DNA of 64,000 bases from Bacteroidales bacterium (GTDB taxonomy: Bacteria; Bacteroidota; Bacteroidia; Bacteroidales; TTA-H9), in assembly GCA_030656615.1 (NCBI GenBank), contig JAUSOY010000007.1, positions 27,814 to 91,813 of the forward strand, written 5' to 3'. The notes below the pieces were generated by a model. It was not told the DNA's origin, did not search any database, and saw only the letters and a list, made by a program, of their open reading frames with translations. Position numbers and translations under genes: made by a program. The first letter of the stretch is position 1, and every line of letters begins with the position of its first letter. Below, piece after piece: positions 48,042 to 58,260 of the stretch.

Positions 48042-50510
48042 ATGTCTGACCAAATGTTGAATTTTGATACTCTTTTTCTTTCCGATTTAATTCAGGGTGA
48101 TAATGAATTTATTCCACTTCTGTCGGCCGATGGCGAAGAAAGCTTAATGGCCGAAGAATTACCCGAAGAGTTGCCCATTTTACCACTTCGTAATATGGTT
48201 TTATTCCCGGGAGTCGTTATGCCAATTACCGTTGGCCGTGACAAATCCATCGCTCTGATTAAGGAACACTATCGCAAAACCCGTACGATTGGTGTTGTAG
48301 CCCAATTAAATGGCGACATCGAAGACCCTGATTTTAGCGATCTGCATAAAGTCGGTACGCTTGCCACCATCGTAAAAATATTGCAGATGCCCGATGGAAA
48401 TACGACTGCAATCATTCAAGGGAAAAAACGCTTCGAGATTACTGAACCCATACAACAGGAACCATATTTCAAGGCCCGAGTCAAAGCCTACAACGATATT
48501 AAGGCTGGTTCTTCGGCCCGGAATTTTGATGCTCTTATTTCTTCGATAAAAGATTTAGCTGTTCAAATTGTTCGTAAATCGCCCAATATGCCTTCCGATG
48601 CTGCTTTTGCCATTGGAAATATCGAAACACCTTCCTTCCTTATTAATTTCATTGCCAGCAACCTGAATATCGATATTCAGGAAAAGCAACGCATCCTCGA
48701 ATCGCAGAATATTCAGAAAAGGGCACAGGAAATACTTGGTATCCTTACGAAAGAACTTCAAATGCTGGATCTTAAAGCCGAAATCCAGAATAAGGTAAAA
48801 ATTGAAATCGATAAGCAGCAGCGCGATTACCTTCTGCATCAACAAATAAAAACCATACAGGATGAATTAGGCGATGATCCGGTAAAACGACTTGTTGCTG
48901 AGCTCAAAGAAAAAACCCAGAAAAAGAAATGGCCGTTAGCCATTCAGGAGATTTTTGAAAAAGAACTGACAAAATTACAGCGGATGCATACTGCAGCTGC
49001 AGAATTCTCAATACAGGTAAACTATCTCGAAACATTGGTTGAGTTGCCATGGCAACAATATTCCAAAGATAATCTTGATCTGCAAAGAGCAAAAAAAATC
49101 CTGGATGAAGACCATTACGGACTTGATAAAGTTAAAGAGCGCCTTATTGAATACCTTGCTGTACTTAAGTTAAAAGGCGATATGAAGTCCCCCATATTAT
49201 GTCTTGTCGGCCCTCCGGGAGTTGGGAAAACTTCCTTGGGGAAATCGTTGGCCCGAGCAATTGGGCGTAAATATATCCGGATGTCTTTAGGCGGATTACG
49301 CGATGAAGCGGAAATTCGTGGTCATCGTAAGACATATATCGGTGCAATGCCAGGAAGAATTATTCAGAATATCCGCAAAGCAAAAACATCCAATCCCGTT
49401 TTTATTTTAGACGAAATAGATAAAGTTTCGGGGAATAATATTAACGGAGATCCTTCCGCTGCTTTACTCGAGGTACTGGATCCGGAACAAAATAGCGCCT
49501 TCTACGATAATTTTCTTGAACTGGAGTATGACTTATCCGGAGTAATGTTTATTGCCACAGCCAATACGCTTTCTACAATACACCCTGCTCTTCGCGATCG
49601 TCTCGAAATTATTGATATCAGTGGGTATTTACTGGAAGAAAAAAGAGAAATTGCTCTTCGTCATCTGGTCCCAAAACAGCTAAGAGAACATGGTATTAAA
49701 AAATCACAACTACTAATTGATAATCAGTTAATTGAAGCTATTATTGATGATTATACCCGCGAATCGGGTGTCAGAGGTCTCGATAAGCTGATTGCTAAAG
49801 TTATCAGGCATCATGCCCGCTTCATTGCTGAAGGCGAAAAATATCAGAAAAAAGTCCCTGTATCTGCCCTTGAAACAATACTCGGAGTAAAACCTTTTCA
49901 TCACGAAAAAAGTATTTCAAACAAGGTGGCTGGAGTAGTAACTGGTCTGGCATGGACTCAGGTAGGTGGCGAAATTTTGTTTATTGAAGCAAGTTTAAGC
50001 CGTGGTGAAGGCAAACTCACACTAACAGGTAATCTGGGTGATGTTATGAAAGAATCGGCCACCATCGCCTACGAATATCTAAAATCACATTCTGAAGAAT
50101 TAGGCATCAATGCCGCTTTATTCAAACTATGGAATGTTCATATTCATGTTCCGGAAGGTGCTACACCCAAAGATGGTCCTTCTGCCGGAATTACAATGCT
50201 TACAGCTCTTACGTCTGTCTTTACGCAGCGTAAAGTAAAACAGGACCTTGCCATGACGGGCGAAATAACCCTCCGGGGAAAAGTACTTCCCGTTGGTGGC
50301 ATAAAGGAAAAAATACTGGCTGCAAGAAGAGCGAATATTAAGGAAATCATCCTTTCTGTGGAAAATAAAAAGGACCTCACTGAAATTAAGCAAAACTACC
50401 TTGAAGGCCTGAGTTTTCATTTTGCCGATACGATGTCAGAAGTCATTGCAATAGCCTTGTTGGACGAAAAAGTTGAAAACCCTAAAATCCTTAATTCGGA
50501 TTTGAACTAA
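48042..50510 (+). CDS. lon: ATP-dependent Lon protease
   Basis: [33 protein letters not shown] (catalytic Ser) and GGIKEK. Confidence 0.98.
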   Translation: MSDQMLNFDTLFLSDLIQGDNEFIPLLSADGEESLMAEELPEELPILPLRNMVLFPGVVMPITVGRDKSIALIKEHYRKTRTIGVVAQLNGDIEDPDFSDLHKVGTLATIVKILQMPDGNTTAIIQGKKRFEITEPIQQEPYFKARVKAYNDIKAGSSARNFDALISSIKDLAVQIVRKSPNMPSDAAFAIGNIETPSFLINFIASNLNIDIQEKQRILESQNIQKRAQEILGILTKELQMLDLKAEIQNKVKIEIDKQQRDYLLHQQIKTIQDELGDDPVKRLVAELKEKTQKKKWPLAIQEIFEKELTKLQRMHTAAAEFSIQVNYLETLVELPWQQYSKDNLDLQRAKKILDEDHYGLDKVKERLIEYLAVLKLKGDMKSPILCLVGPPGVGKTSLGKSLARAIGRKYIRMSLGGLRDEAEIRGHRKTYIGAMPGRIIQNIRKAKTSNPVFILDEIDKVSGNNINGDPSAALLEVLDPEQNSAFYDNFLELEYDLSGVMFIATANTLSTIHPALRDRLEIIDISGYLLEEKREIALRHLVPKQLREHGIKKSQLLIDNQLIEAIIDDYTRESGVRGLDKLIAKVIRHHARFIAEGEKYQKKVPVSALETILGVKPFHHEKSISNKVAGVVTGLAWTQVGGEILFIEASLSRGEGKLTLTGNLGDVMKESATIAYEYLKSHSEELGINAALFKLWNVHIHVPEGATPKDGPSAGITMLTALTSVFTQRKVKQDLAMTGEITLRGKVLPVGGIKEKILAARRANIKEIILSVENKKDLTEIKQNYLEGLSFHFADTMSEVIAIALLDEKVENPKILNSDLN

Positions 50511-50539
50511 GATTCAATCGCAAATCAAATATTTAATAA

Positions 50540-50572
50540 AAATCCCTGTACTAAATAAAAGTACAGGGATTT
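50540..50572. terminator. Bidirectional terminator hairpin between convergent lon and CoA ligase genes
   Basis: AAATCCCTGTACT, 7-nt loop, AGTACAGGGATTT. Confidence 0.8.
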
Positions 50573-50591
50573 CTATTATAGTGGATATTTT

Positions 50592-52649
50592 TTACTTTTC
50601 AATACGGATACGGGCATCTACAGCAACAACCCTGGTGGGTGTGCCCAAAAGCGGATTAAGGTCGAGTTCCTTAATTTCAGGAGCCGCTTCCACCAAAGCA
50701 CTCAAACGACAAATAGTTTCGGCGAACATTTCTTCGTTAACGCCTTCTTGTCCTCTCACGCCTTTAATGATGCCGTAACTCTTCAGCCCTTGAATCATTT
50801 TTATAGCCATTTCTTTACTTACAGGCGAAATGGCTGAATTCACATCCTTGAGAACCTCAATAAAAATACCTCCCAAGCCTGCTAAAATCATATGTCCGAA
50901 TTTCGGTTCACAGGAAGCACCGGTAAAAATCTGTGTACCGCTCAGCATTGGCTGAAGCATTATGGCTGTAGTATCCTTGATTTGAATCATACGATTAAAC
51001 TCACGGATTACCGTATCATCATCTTTCACATTTAAAACCACTCCACCCACATCCGATTTATGTACGGGTCCGACAACTTTCATCACTATGGGGTATCCAA
51101 GATTTCTGGCAGCTACAACAGCAGCATCCGCTGTAGTAACAATGGCCTCCCCTGCCCTTACAATTCCAGCAGCGTCGAGCATTGCCTGGACTTTTTCGGG
51201 ACTTAAATATCCATTTTCACTATCATGAATGATATCACGTATTACTTTTACATCAACCTTTGGTAACTTAATATTCTCAGGTTCAGGGGCTGGCGTATGA
51301 ATAACCTTTGCAAGAGCTCTTCCAAATAATACTTCATCCGGAAAGTTAATTCGTCCCAAAGAAATAAAATATTCGATTTCCTTAGCTACATTAATAATTG
51401 AAGGAAGAACTGGATAAATTGGCTTACGACAGCTTTTCATTTTTTCATCAAGAAGCTTATAAACATCATATACTTCGAACAATCCCGGGCTACCAAAAAT
51501 AACAGCCATGGCATCGATATCTTCGAAATCAGTTTCACACGCATCAATAATATGCCCCAATTGCTCTGCAGTGCCTGTAGCCAAAAAATCAATAGGATTC
51601 GCTATGCTGGAGCCCGGAAAAAGTTTAGTGAGTAATTCATCAGCTTTAGTACCAGTAATTGCAGGCACCTGCAATCCATTTTCAGAAAGAGCATCAGTGA
51701 GCATAACAGCAGGTCCACCAGCATGCGTTATTACCGCTATGCGTTTACCGGCAGGACGAGGATGCATAAAAACCGAAGCAACTGTAGCAAGTTCCTCACG
51801 ACTGGAACAACGAACAATTCCAGCTTTATTAAATAATGCCTCCACCGCTGCGTCGCTACTGGCCAAGGCACCTGTATGCGATGAAGCTGCCCGACTTCCC
51901 GCCTCTGAACTTCCGGCCTTTATTGCTGCAATGCGGCAACCTTTACGAATCAAAGAAGATGCGTGCCGAAGGAGTTTTCCCGGCTTATTTACACTTTCGA
52001 TATATAATAACTTTACCTGAGACGAGGTCTCGGGATCATATGTGTTATCAAGGTATTCCAGAACATCTTCCACACCCAATTGTGCACTGTTTCCAACAGA
52101 CCAGACACTGGAAAATTTCAAACCTTTTGGTATACTGGCTTCCATAATAAACACCGCTGTAGCACCCGACCCGGATATAAAATCGACTCCTTTAGGGTGC
52201 ATTACCGGAATTGGGGTTGTAAAAGCACCCGCATAATGATGATTCAACATACCAACGCAATTGGGACCAATAAGAGAGCCGCCCGTATTTTCAATAATAT
52301 CGACAATTTGTTTCTCCAATCGGGCACCTTCTTCACTTTCTTCATGAAAACCAGCCGAAAGTATGATAAAACCTCTTGTTTTTTTTGAATGAGCAAGAAC
52401 TTCCACCGTAGACGGACAATGCCTTGCTGCAATGGCCAAAATTGCTAAATCAGTCTGAGGCAAATCCGATACATCTTTATAGGATTTAACACCTTGAACA
52501 ACTTCCTCCTTCGGATTTACAACATATAACTGACCTTTAAAACCATGGTCGAGCAAATTCTTAAGAACCTTGCCACCGGGTTTACTTACATCATTGGATG
52601 CTCCAATTACTACAATACTCTGTGGATTAACGAGTTGATTACTAATCAT
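50592..52649 (-). CDS. Acetate/acyl-CoA ligase (ADP-forming), fused alpha-beta type
   Basis: VIGAS CoA-binding motif, GPNCVG, ASSHTGALA (phospho-His), NPIDFL, HKSDVGGV ATP-grasp and ELDLNPL. Confidence 0.92.
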   Translation of the reverse strand: MISNQLVNPQSIVVIGASNDVSKPGGKVLKNLLDHGFKGQLYVVNPKEEVVQGVKSYKDVSDLPQTDLAILAIAARHCPSTVEVLAHSKKTRGFIILSAGFHEESEEGARLEKQIVDIIENTGGSLIGPNCVGMLNHHYAGAFTTPIPVMHPKGVDFISGSGATAVFIMEASIPKGLKFSSVWSVGNSAQLGVEDVLEYLDNTYDPETSSQVKLLYIESVNKPGKLLRHASSLIRKGCRIAAIKAGSSEAGSRAASSHTGALASSDAAVEALFNKAGIVRCSSREELATVASVFMHPRPAGKRIAVITHAGGPAVMLTDALSENGLQVPAITGTKADELLTKLFPGSSIANPIDFLATGTAEQLGHIIDACETDFEDIDAMAVIFGSPGLFEVYDVYKLLDEKMKSCRKPIYPVLPSIINVAKEIEYFISLGRINFPDEVLFGRALAKVIHTPAPEPENIKLPKVDVKVIRDIIHDSENGYLSPEKVQAMLDAAGIVRAGEAIVTTADAAVVAARNLGYPIVMKVVGPVHKSDVGGVVLNVKDDDTVIREFNRMIQIKDTTAIMLQPMLSGTQIFTGASCEPKFGHMILAGLGGIFIEVLKDVNSAISPVSKEMAIKMIQGLKSYGIIKGVRGQEGVNEEMFAETICRLSALVEAAPEIKELDLNPLLGTPTRVVAVDARIRIEK

Positions 52650-52674
52650 GACGTCTTATATTTAATCTTATGTA

Positions 52675-53292
52675 TTATTTTCTTCCAAAATCAGCCGGAA
52701 TTTCACCCCATAACTGGGTATTCCATTTTAATATTTTATTATTCCATGAATTTTTATGCAGCCAGGTTTCTGCTCTGGCAATCATTTCAAAAACCCTAAG
52801 ATTTTCAGGAACGGGTTCCAGCTTTGTACGCGCTTCCTTTTGATTCACCCATTTCATAGCATTAACTGAGTCGGTATAAATACTAACGAAGGAGTTCATT
52901 TTTTTAAAATAGGCAAGTGCATGTACAATAGCAAGAAATTCGCCAATATTATTCGTGCCTTGGTCAAACGGGCCTTGACGGAATAATTCCTTACCACTAA
53001 CAGTAATTACGCCTCGGTACTCCATCTTCCCGGGATTACCACTACAGGCGGCATCTACGGCAATTGACTGACTTAACGGCCAACCGACACGATCGAATTG
53101 AATAATTTTCTTCGGAGTAGCTTTAAATCCTCCATTCCCTGAATATGCTTCACGAGCTTCTGCTTCGGTAGAAAAAGATTTGAATGCCGCACCATCGAAG
53201 CCTTTCACTTGCTTTTCGGCTTCATTCCAATCGGTGTATATTCCGGGAATATGGCCTTTCCACACAACATAATATTTCTTCTTAGCGCTCAT
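52675..53292 (-). CDS. rnhA: Ribonuclease HI with N-terminal hybrid-binding (viroplasmin-like) domain
   Basis: KYYVVWKGHIPGIYTDW, VDAACSGNPG, TNNIGEFLA, IYTDS and WGEIPADFGRK. Confidence 0.95.
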   Translation of the reverse strand: MSAKKKYYVVWKGHIPGIYTDWNEAEKQVKGFDGAAFKSFSTEAEAREAYSGNGGFKATPKKIIQFDRVGWPLSQSIAVDAACSGNPGKMEYRGVITVSGKELFRQGPFDQGTNNIGEFLAIVHALAYFKKMNSFVSIYTDSVNAMKWVNQKEARTKLEPVPENLRVFEMIARAETWLHKNSWNNKILKWNTQLWGEIPADFGRK

Positions 53293-53514
53293 GTAACCTT
53301 TACGATGAATAAAAACAGAATACCTGACTCATTTACAGTTAATTTTTATAAAAAAATATAATAACAACTGATAAGTCAGAATTATAATAATGCAAACCTA
53401 GTGCATTTTCAGGATTCAGCCAAAGGAAGAACTTACTCAAAAAACTTGTTTTCTGATGCATTTTTTGTACTTTTCGACCTATAAAGCACAAAATTCTAGA
53501 CCGAAATAACCATT

Positions 53515-54105
53515 ATGCCTCAAGACGATACCAGAGAAAGAATTGTGACCGCTGCCAGAGAATTATTTGCAAGATTCGGATACCGTAAAACAACGATTGA
53601 CGATATTGCTCAGGCTCATGGTAAAGCAAAAAGTTCGGTATATTACTATTTTAAAGGCAAAGAGGACATTTTTGAAGCAGTTATAGAGTCCGAGGCCCGT
53701 ATCCTCCGGCAAAAGCTAAGTGAAGTACTTCGCGAAGAGCGTAATGATCCCATGGAACAATTAAGCCGGTATGTAAGAGTAAGAATGGGTTCTATACAGG
53801 AAATGGCAAGTTTTTATAGCATGATGAAGGACGAGTACTTATCAACCCTTCAATTCATTCATAAAACACGAGAGAAGTATTATTTAAAGGAGATTAGCAC
53901 ACTGGAAACCATCATAAAACACGGTATCAACAAAGGGGTTTTTGAGGATAAAAACCCCCACTCAGCAGCAATGGCTATTCTTACTTCAATCCATGGTATG
54001 GAACATCCGCTGTTTTTGGGCTACCTTCAATCGCGTGATTTGAAAGCCCGATTAAACGATGCGCTGGATATTATTTTTTATGGAATCGTCAAAAGGAATC
54101 CATAG
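53515..54105 (+). CDS. TetR/AcrR-family transcriptional regulator
   Basis: ARELFARFGYRKTTIDDIA and SVYYYFKGKEDIF. Confidence 0.93.
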   Translation: MPQDDTRERIVTAARELFARFGYRKTTIDDIAQAHGKAKSSVYYYFKGKEDIFEAVIESEARILRQKLSEVLREERNDPMEQLSRYVRVRMGSIQEMASFYSMMKDEYLSTLQFIHKTREKYYLKEISTLETIIKHGINKGVFEDKNPHSAAMAILTSIHGMEHPLFLGYLQSRDLKARLNDALDIIFYGIVKRNP

Positions 54106-54435
54106 CACTTTTCGATAATTTACTAACGAATCACTTTTACAAATAGAAGATCGGACAAGATAAGTTACCTAAAATACTAATTACAAATCAAGCAAATAAT
54201 AGCGTAATTACTACAAAAATAAGTTGTTGTGCCTTCCCCATTTTTTTAGTTTTCGAACAGTTTTGTAAATAGATCTTCATTTTTTAGTTTATATCATAAG
54301 GAGACTATCCTTTCTAAATCTAATATAATTAATATTGATACAGGCTGTGTATAAAATACTTACTAAGATTTGGAAGACGTACTAGATGCGAATGGTATAA
54401 ACAAAGAATCCTTTTTGTTTGATTTAATATTTTAA

Positions 54436-54462
54436 TATATTTGCAATTCGCGAATCGCGAAT
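54436..54462 (+). promoter_or_regulatory. -7 promoter element followed by a palindromic operator
   Basis: TATATTTG (54436-54443), then the perfect inverted repeat ATTCGCGA-A-TCGCGAAT (54446-54462). Confidence 0.7.
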
Positions 54463-54497
54463 CAAAAAATCGACGAAGTCAATAAACGATTATTGCC

Positions 54498-55019
54498 ATG
54501 AAGAAGCATAATGGAATGCGACCACAGGATATAGTAGTTCTGTTGAAAATTATTTCAATACGAGATGATAAGTGGAAAAATATTGATATTGCAAAGGCAA
54601 TTGGAATAAGTCCTTCTGAAATAACTGAGGCATTAAACAGATGTAAGATCTCAGGACTTATTGATAGTAAAAAAAGGAAAGTAAATACCAATTCATTCAC
54701 CGAGTTTTTGATTTACGGATTAAAATACGTTTTCCCAACAGAACCAGGAGCTATTGTAAAAGGCACTCCTACTGCTCATTCAGCTTCACCAATAAAAGAA
54801 TATATTTCGTCTGATACTGATGTTTATGTATGGTCTAATGCTAAAGGGACTCATAGAGGTCAAGCCATTGAACCATTATATAAAACACTTCCTCAAATAG
54901 TTCAGGAAGATGAGTTGTTCTATGAATTATTAACCATTGTTGACACTATTCGGGTTGGTCGTGTAAGGGAAATAAAAATTGCAATCGACGAATTAAACAA
55001 GCGATTAAAAGATGCCTAG
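54498..55019 (+). CDS. HTH-containing protein, putative type IV antitoxin/regulator
   Basis: IDIAKAIGISPSEITEALNR helix-turn-helix plus a C-domain (GLKYVFP, PTAHSASP, IEPLY, DTIRVGRVRE). Overlaps the next gene by 8 bp. Confidence 0.7.
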   Translation: MKKHNGMRPQDIVVLLKIISIRDDKWKNIDIAKAIGISPSEITEALNRCKISGLIDSKKRKVNTNSFTEFLIYGLKYVFPTEPGAIVKGTPTAHSASPIKEYISSDTDVYVWSNAKGTHRGQAIEPLYKTLPQIVQEDELFYELLTIVDTIRVGRVREIKIAIDELNKRLKDA

Positions 55020-55704
55020 CACAAACATTATTATGCTTCAAACTATTGCCCTTGGTTTGGCGGAGTTGAGAGATGAAATGGTTTTTGTAGGTGGAGTGGT
55101 TGCTGAACTTTATGCCGATAATCCGGCAGCTTCAGAAATCAGACCAACAATTGATGTGGATTGCGTTGTTGGGATAAGTTCACGGCTAGTATTTGCAAGA
55201 TTAGAAGAAAACCTGAGAACGAAAGGGTTTAAAAATGACATTTCAGAGGGAGCTCCAATTTGCAGGTGGATTTACAACCATATTAAGGTTGATATTATGC
55301 CAAGCGATTCAAGTGTTCTTGGATTCAGTAATCGGTGGTATGAAGATGGAATTGAATTTAAAGCGTCGAAAATACTCCCCAGTGGAACTGAAGTATTTGT
55401 ATTTCCCCCGGAATATTATTTGGCAGCCAAATTCGAAGCTCATAAAGGACGGGGTGGAAATGATTTACGCCAAAGCCACGATTTTGAGGATATCATTTAC
55501 ATTTTGGATAACTGTCCTGACATTTTAGAAAATATCACTGGTTCAAATCCAAATGTCAAAATGTATTTAAAGAAAGAATGCCAGAACCTTTTGGAAAATC
55601 CGAACATCAATGAGGGAGTTGAAAGTGCACTACCGTATGGTTCTGGTGAAGAAGGAACGGATATTATTTTAGAATTAATACAGAGAATTGCGGAGATTGA
55701 ATAA
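55012..55704 (+). CDS. Pol-beta-superfamily nucleotidyltransferase (AbiEii/MenT-like putative toxin)
   Basis: VFVGG, RPTIDVD, VDIMP, AAKFEAH..R and SHDFEDI motifs. Confidence 0.72.
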   Translation: MPSTNIIMLQTIALGLAELRDEMVFVGGVVAELYADNPAASEIRPTIDVDCVVGISSRLVFARLEENLRTKGFKNDISEGAPICRWIYNHIKVDIMPSDSSVLGFSNRWYEDGIEFKASKILPSGTEVFVFPPEYYLAAKFEAHKGRGGNDLRQSHDFEDIIYILDNCPDILENITGSNPNVKMYLKKECQNLLENPNINEGVESALPYGSGEEGTDIILELIQRIAEIE

Positions 55705-55798
55705 TGGAGAAAGGTAAATCGACCTATAAATTGTCTCTAAATTGAATTTGAACAGTAGTGAGATTTATAACAATAGTCATTCATCAGATATTCAAACA

Positions 55799-55834
55799 AA
55801 AGCGGGGCGTATTCAATGGAATACGCCCCGCTTT
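55799..55834. terminator. Strong bidirectional terminator hairpin
   Basis: AAAGCGGGGCGTATTC, loop AATG, GAATACGCCCCGCTTT, between convergent genes. Confidence 0.88.
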
Positions 55835-55851
55835 AATGTCAAAAATGCAAC

Positions 55852-58056
55852 TTACTTTTTAAGTTCGTCGCGCAGATATTTAATTTTAACCTCGATGAGT
55901 TTAACTTCCTGACGTGCTTTTTGAATCTTTCTTTCGAATTCGCCTTTCAGAAGATTCGCGTTTTTTGATTCAGCAAAGAAGCCAAGGTTATTTTCCCAAA
56001 GGGTAATGTCTTCATTCATTTTGGTAACCTTATTATGTAGGAAATTTATCTCCTTAATAATATGGCGTTGGCCTTCAGGACCATCCTTCATATTATCCAC
56101 GCGTGAACGGAAATTTTCATCACTCATTTCCACCGAACTGATATTCAATTTATCGAGTTGCGCGTTGATGACCTTACGGAATTCCTGACTGATTTTATCC
56201 TTCTCTTTAATGGGTACATGACCAATATCCATCCATTTGCGCTGAAAATCTTTCAAAGTAGAAAGGTTTTCGGATTTATCAGTCGAATATGCGTGTTCCC
56301 GAACCTGAGTAATCAGGTCAAGTTTAGCCTGAAGATTAGTACTTTCGTTTTCATGAATACTGGAGAAAAACACATCCTTGGCATTAAAGAAAGCATCGCA
56401 GGCTGCCCTGAAACGTTTCCATATTTTATCAGAATGCTTACGGGGTACAGGCCCGATTTTTTTCCATTCTTTCTGAAGGCTGATTAAATCGCGGGTAGTA
56501 TTTCTCCAATCGGTGCTAGTCATTAATGATTCCGCCTGAACACAAAGATCGAGTTTCAGGTTATAATTATGGAGCTGTTGTTCTTTTATCTTATTGAAAT
56601 AATCGGATTTCAGATTAAAAAACTCATCCAGAATTGCTTTAAAAAAGCCCCAGACTTCATCATTTACTTTGCGTGGCGCCGGTCCGATCGATTTCCAGAT
56701 TTTAAAAAGTTCGTCGAGTTTGTTGGTGCGTTCCTGCCATTCTTTAATGGAACGGGGTTCGCCATCTACGAGTTCTTTTGCCTTTTCGATAAGAGCCAGT
56801 TTTGACTCATGATTTTTCTCTAAATCGGAGTGAATGCTATCGTAATGCTCACGACGCCGTGAATTAATTTTATCAGTAGCATCTTTAAAGCGTTCCCATA
56901 CTTCATCCTTTTTATCCTGAGGTACTGGACCAATTTCTTTCCAGAGTTCATGTAGTTTCTGAAGATCTTTAAATGACTTCATGATGGACGACTCCAGCAA
57001 GAGTTCTTCTGCTTTTTCGCAAAGCTCAACCTTGGATTCGAGATTCTTTTTAAGATCAAGATCTTTCAATTCTTTATTGATACGAACTTTATCGAAAAAT
57101 TTCTCAACCAAAAAATGATAATTCTGCCAAAGCGTATTTACTTCGGCTTTTGGAACGATGCCAATATGGCGCCAACGCTCCTGAACTTCACGGAAATCGT
57201 CGTATGTTTTTTTAAGCGATTCGTCTGAATTGATCAGGTTACGGAGTTCTTCCAGAATATCCTGTTTCAATTGCAGATTTGACTGCTTTTCATTTTCAAG
57301 GTCGGCATTAAACTTATTTCGCTTTTCGCGGTATACGCCAAATAATGCCTTAAACTTATGATCGATATCATCGTCGGCAGGTACAAAATCTTCACTTATA
57401 CCGCCATTTTGGATAAACTCAGCCAATTCTGCCGCTGATTTTTCGCGTTTATGTTTCTGATAATTAACCTTTATCAGCGCTACTTTGGCTTTAATGCTTT
57501 TCAGATCATCGGCCTGTAAAACTTCTTCAAGAGCTTCTGCTAATTTTTCAAGACTAAGGCTTTCGATGACTTCATCCCGAAAATCAATTTCGTCAGAGTC
57601 CTCTTCATCCTCATTTTCTTCATTATCATCAGGTTCGTCTTCGCTAAGAGCCGCTTTTAATTCAGCCTTGCGTTTGATATCTTCGAAACCTTCGGGATGT
57701 ACAACCTTAAGATCGTCATCGTCCGAGATTATTTCTTCAACAACTTCAACTTTGGGAACATCCGTGGGCTCAACTATAGCACTTTCTGTTTCCATTGGTT
57801 CATCAATTGAAGGCACTTCTGCTTCCTGAACTTCGATGGAAGAAGCTTCTGTTTCCGTTGGTTTATCAATTGCTGGCACTTCTGCTTCCTGAACTTCGAT
57901 AGAAGAGGCTTCTGTTTCCATTACTTCTTCTACTGTTGAGGCTTCCGTTGTCAGGTTTTCTTCCTGAGGGGTTTCGGGTTGATTAACTTCCTGAGTGTTC
58001 TCATCCTTAGGGATTTCTACTCCTTCGGGAATCTGATTTAGCTCTTTGTTTTCCAT
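55852..58056 (-). CDS. DUF349 domain protein with acidic low-complexity N-terminus
   Basis: Repeated WxxIGxVP...W..F units (WRHIGIVP, WKEIGPVP, WKSIGPAP, WKKIGPVP, WMDIGHVP) and WENNLGFF. Confidence 0.9.
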   Translation of the reverse strand: MENKELNQIPEGVEIPKDENTQEVNQPETPQEENLTTEASTVEEVMETEASSIEVQEAEVPAIDKPTETEASSIEVQEAEVPSIDEPMETESAIVEPTDVPKVEVVEEIISDDDDLKVVHPEGFEDIKRKAELKAALSEDEPDDNEENEDEEDSDEIDFRDEVIESLSLEKLAEALEEVLQADDLKSIKAKVALIKVNYQKHKREKSAAELAEFIQNGGISEDFVPADDDIDHKFKALFGVYREKRNKFNADLENEKQSNLQLKQDILEELRNLINSDESLKKTYDDFREVQERWRHIGIVPKAEVNTLWQNYHFLVEKFFDKVRINKELKDLDLKKNLESKVELCEKAEELLLESSIMKSFKDLQKLHELWKEIGPVPQDKKDEVWERFKDATDKINSRRREHYDSIHSDLEKNHESKLALIEKAKELVDGEPRSIKEWQERTNKLDELFKIWKSIGPAPRKVNDEVWGFFKAILDEFFNLKSDYFNKIKEQQLHNYNLKLDLCVQAESLMTSTDWRNTTRDLISLQKEWKKIGPVPRKHSDKIWKRFRAACDAFFNAKDVFFSSIHENESTNLQAKLDLITQVREHAYSTDKSENLSTLKDFQRKWMDIGHVPIKEKDKISQEFRKVINAQLDKLNISSVEMSDENFRSRVDNMKDGPEGQRHIIKEINFLHNKVTKMNEDITLWENNLGFFAESKNANLLKGEFERKIQKARQEVKLIEVKIKYLRDELKK
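57784..57921 (-). repeat. 63-bp (21-aa) intragenic tandem repeat, about 2.2 copies
   Basis: Encodes ETEASSIEVQEAEVP(A/S)ID(K/E)P(T/M) twice. Confidence 0.9.
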
Positions 58057-58205
58057 TGAAAATGACTTAATACATTAATTTATACAGTGTTCTTTCCACC
58101 GTCGTGAAAAGGTATCAGAGATTACATTTGCTTATGCGGCTGATTCTGAAATACAAGCCAACATTCTGCAAAAATAAGAAATTCTCATTTGATTGTACCA
58201 CAGTC

Positions 58206-58238
58206 AAAAAAATAAGGAGATACGAATATCCCCTTATT
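58206..58238 (-). terminator. Intrinsic terminator after the aminotransferase gene
   Basis: Minus strand AATAAGGGGATA, loop TTCG, TATCTCCTTATT, then a T-run. Confidence 0.8.
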
Positions 58239-58260
58239 AAATATCAGTTTCAGTTGTTGG

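Noticed and set aside
51508-52020. 170-aa antisense ORF, and similar antisense ORFs inside typA, ppdK, the ZIP gene and the hydrogenase genes
   Set aside because: They lie fully opposite well-supported genes, show shadow-frame composition and have no recognisable motifs.
52675-53292. Viral origin suggested by the viroplasmin-like domain of RNase H
   Set aside because: This hybrid-binding domain is a normal part of RNase HI in Bacteroidota and Bacillus-type enzymes.
54106-55798. Mobile element or integrated island boundaries around the TA-like pair
   Set aside because: No transposase, integrase, tRNA or flanking direct/inverted repeats could be found by eye.
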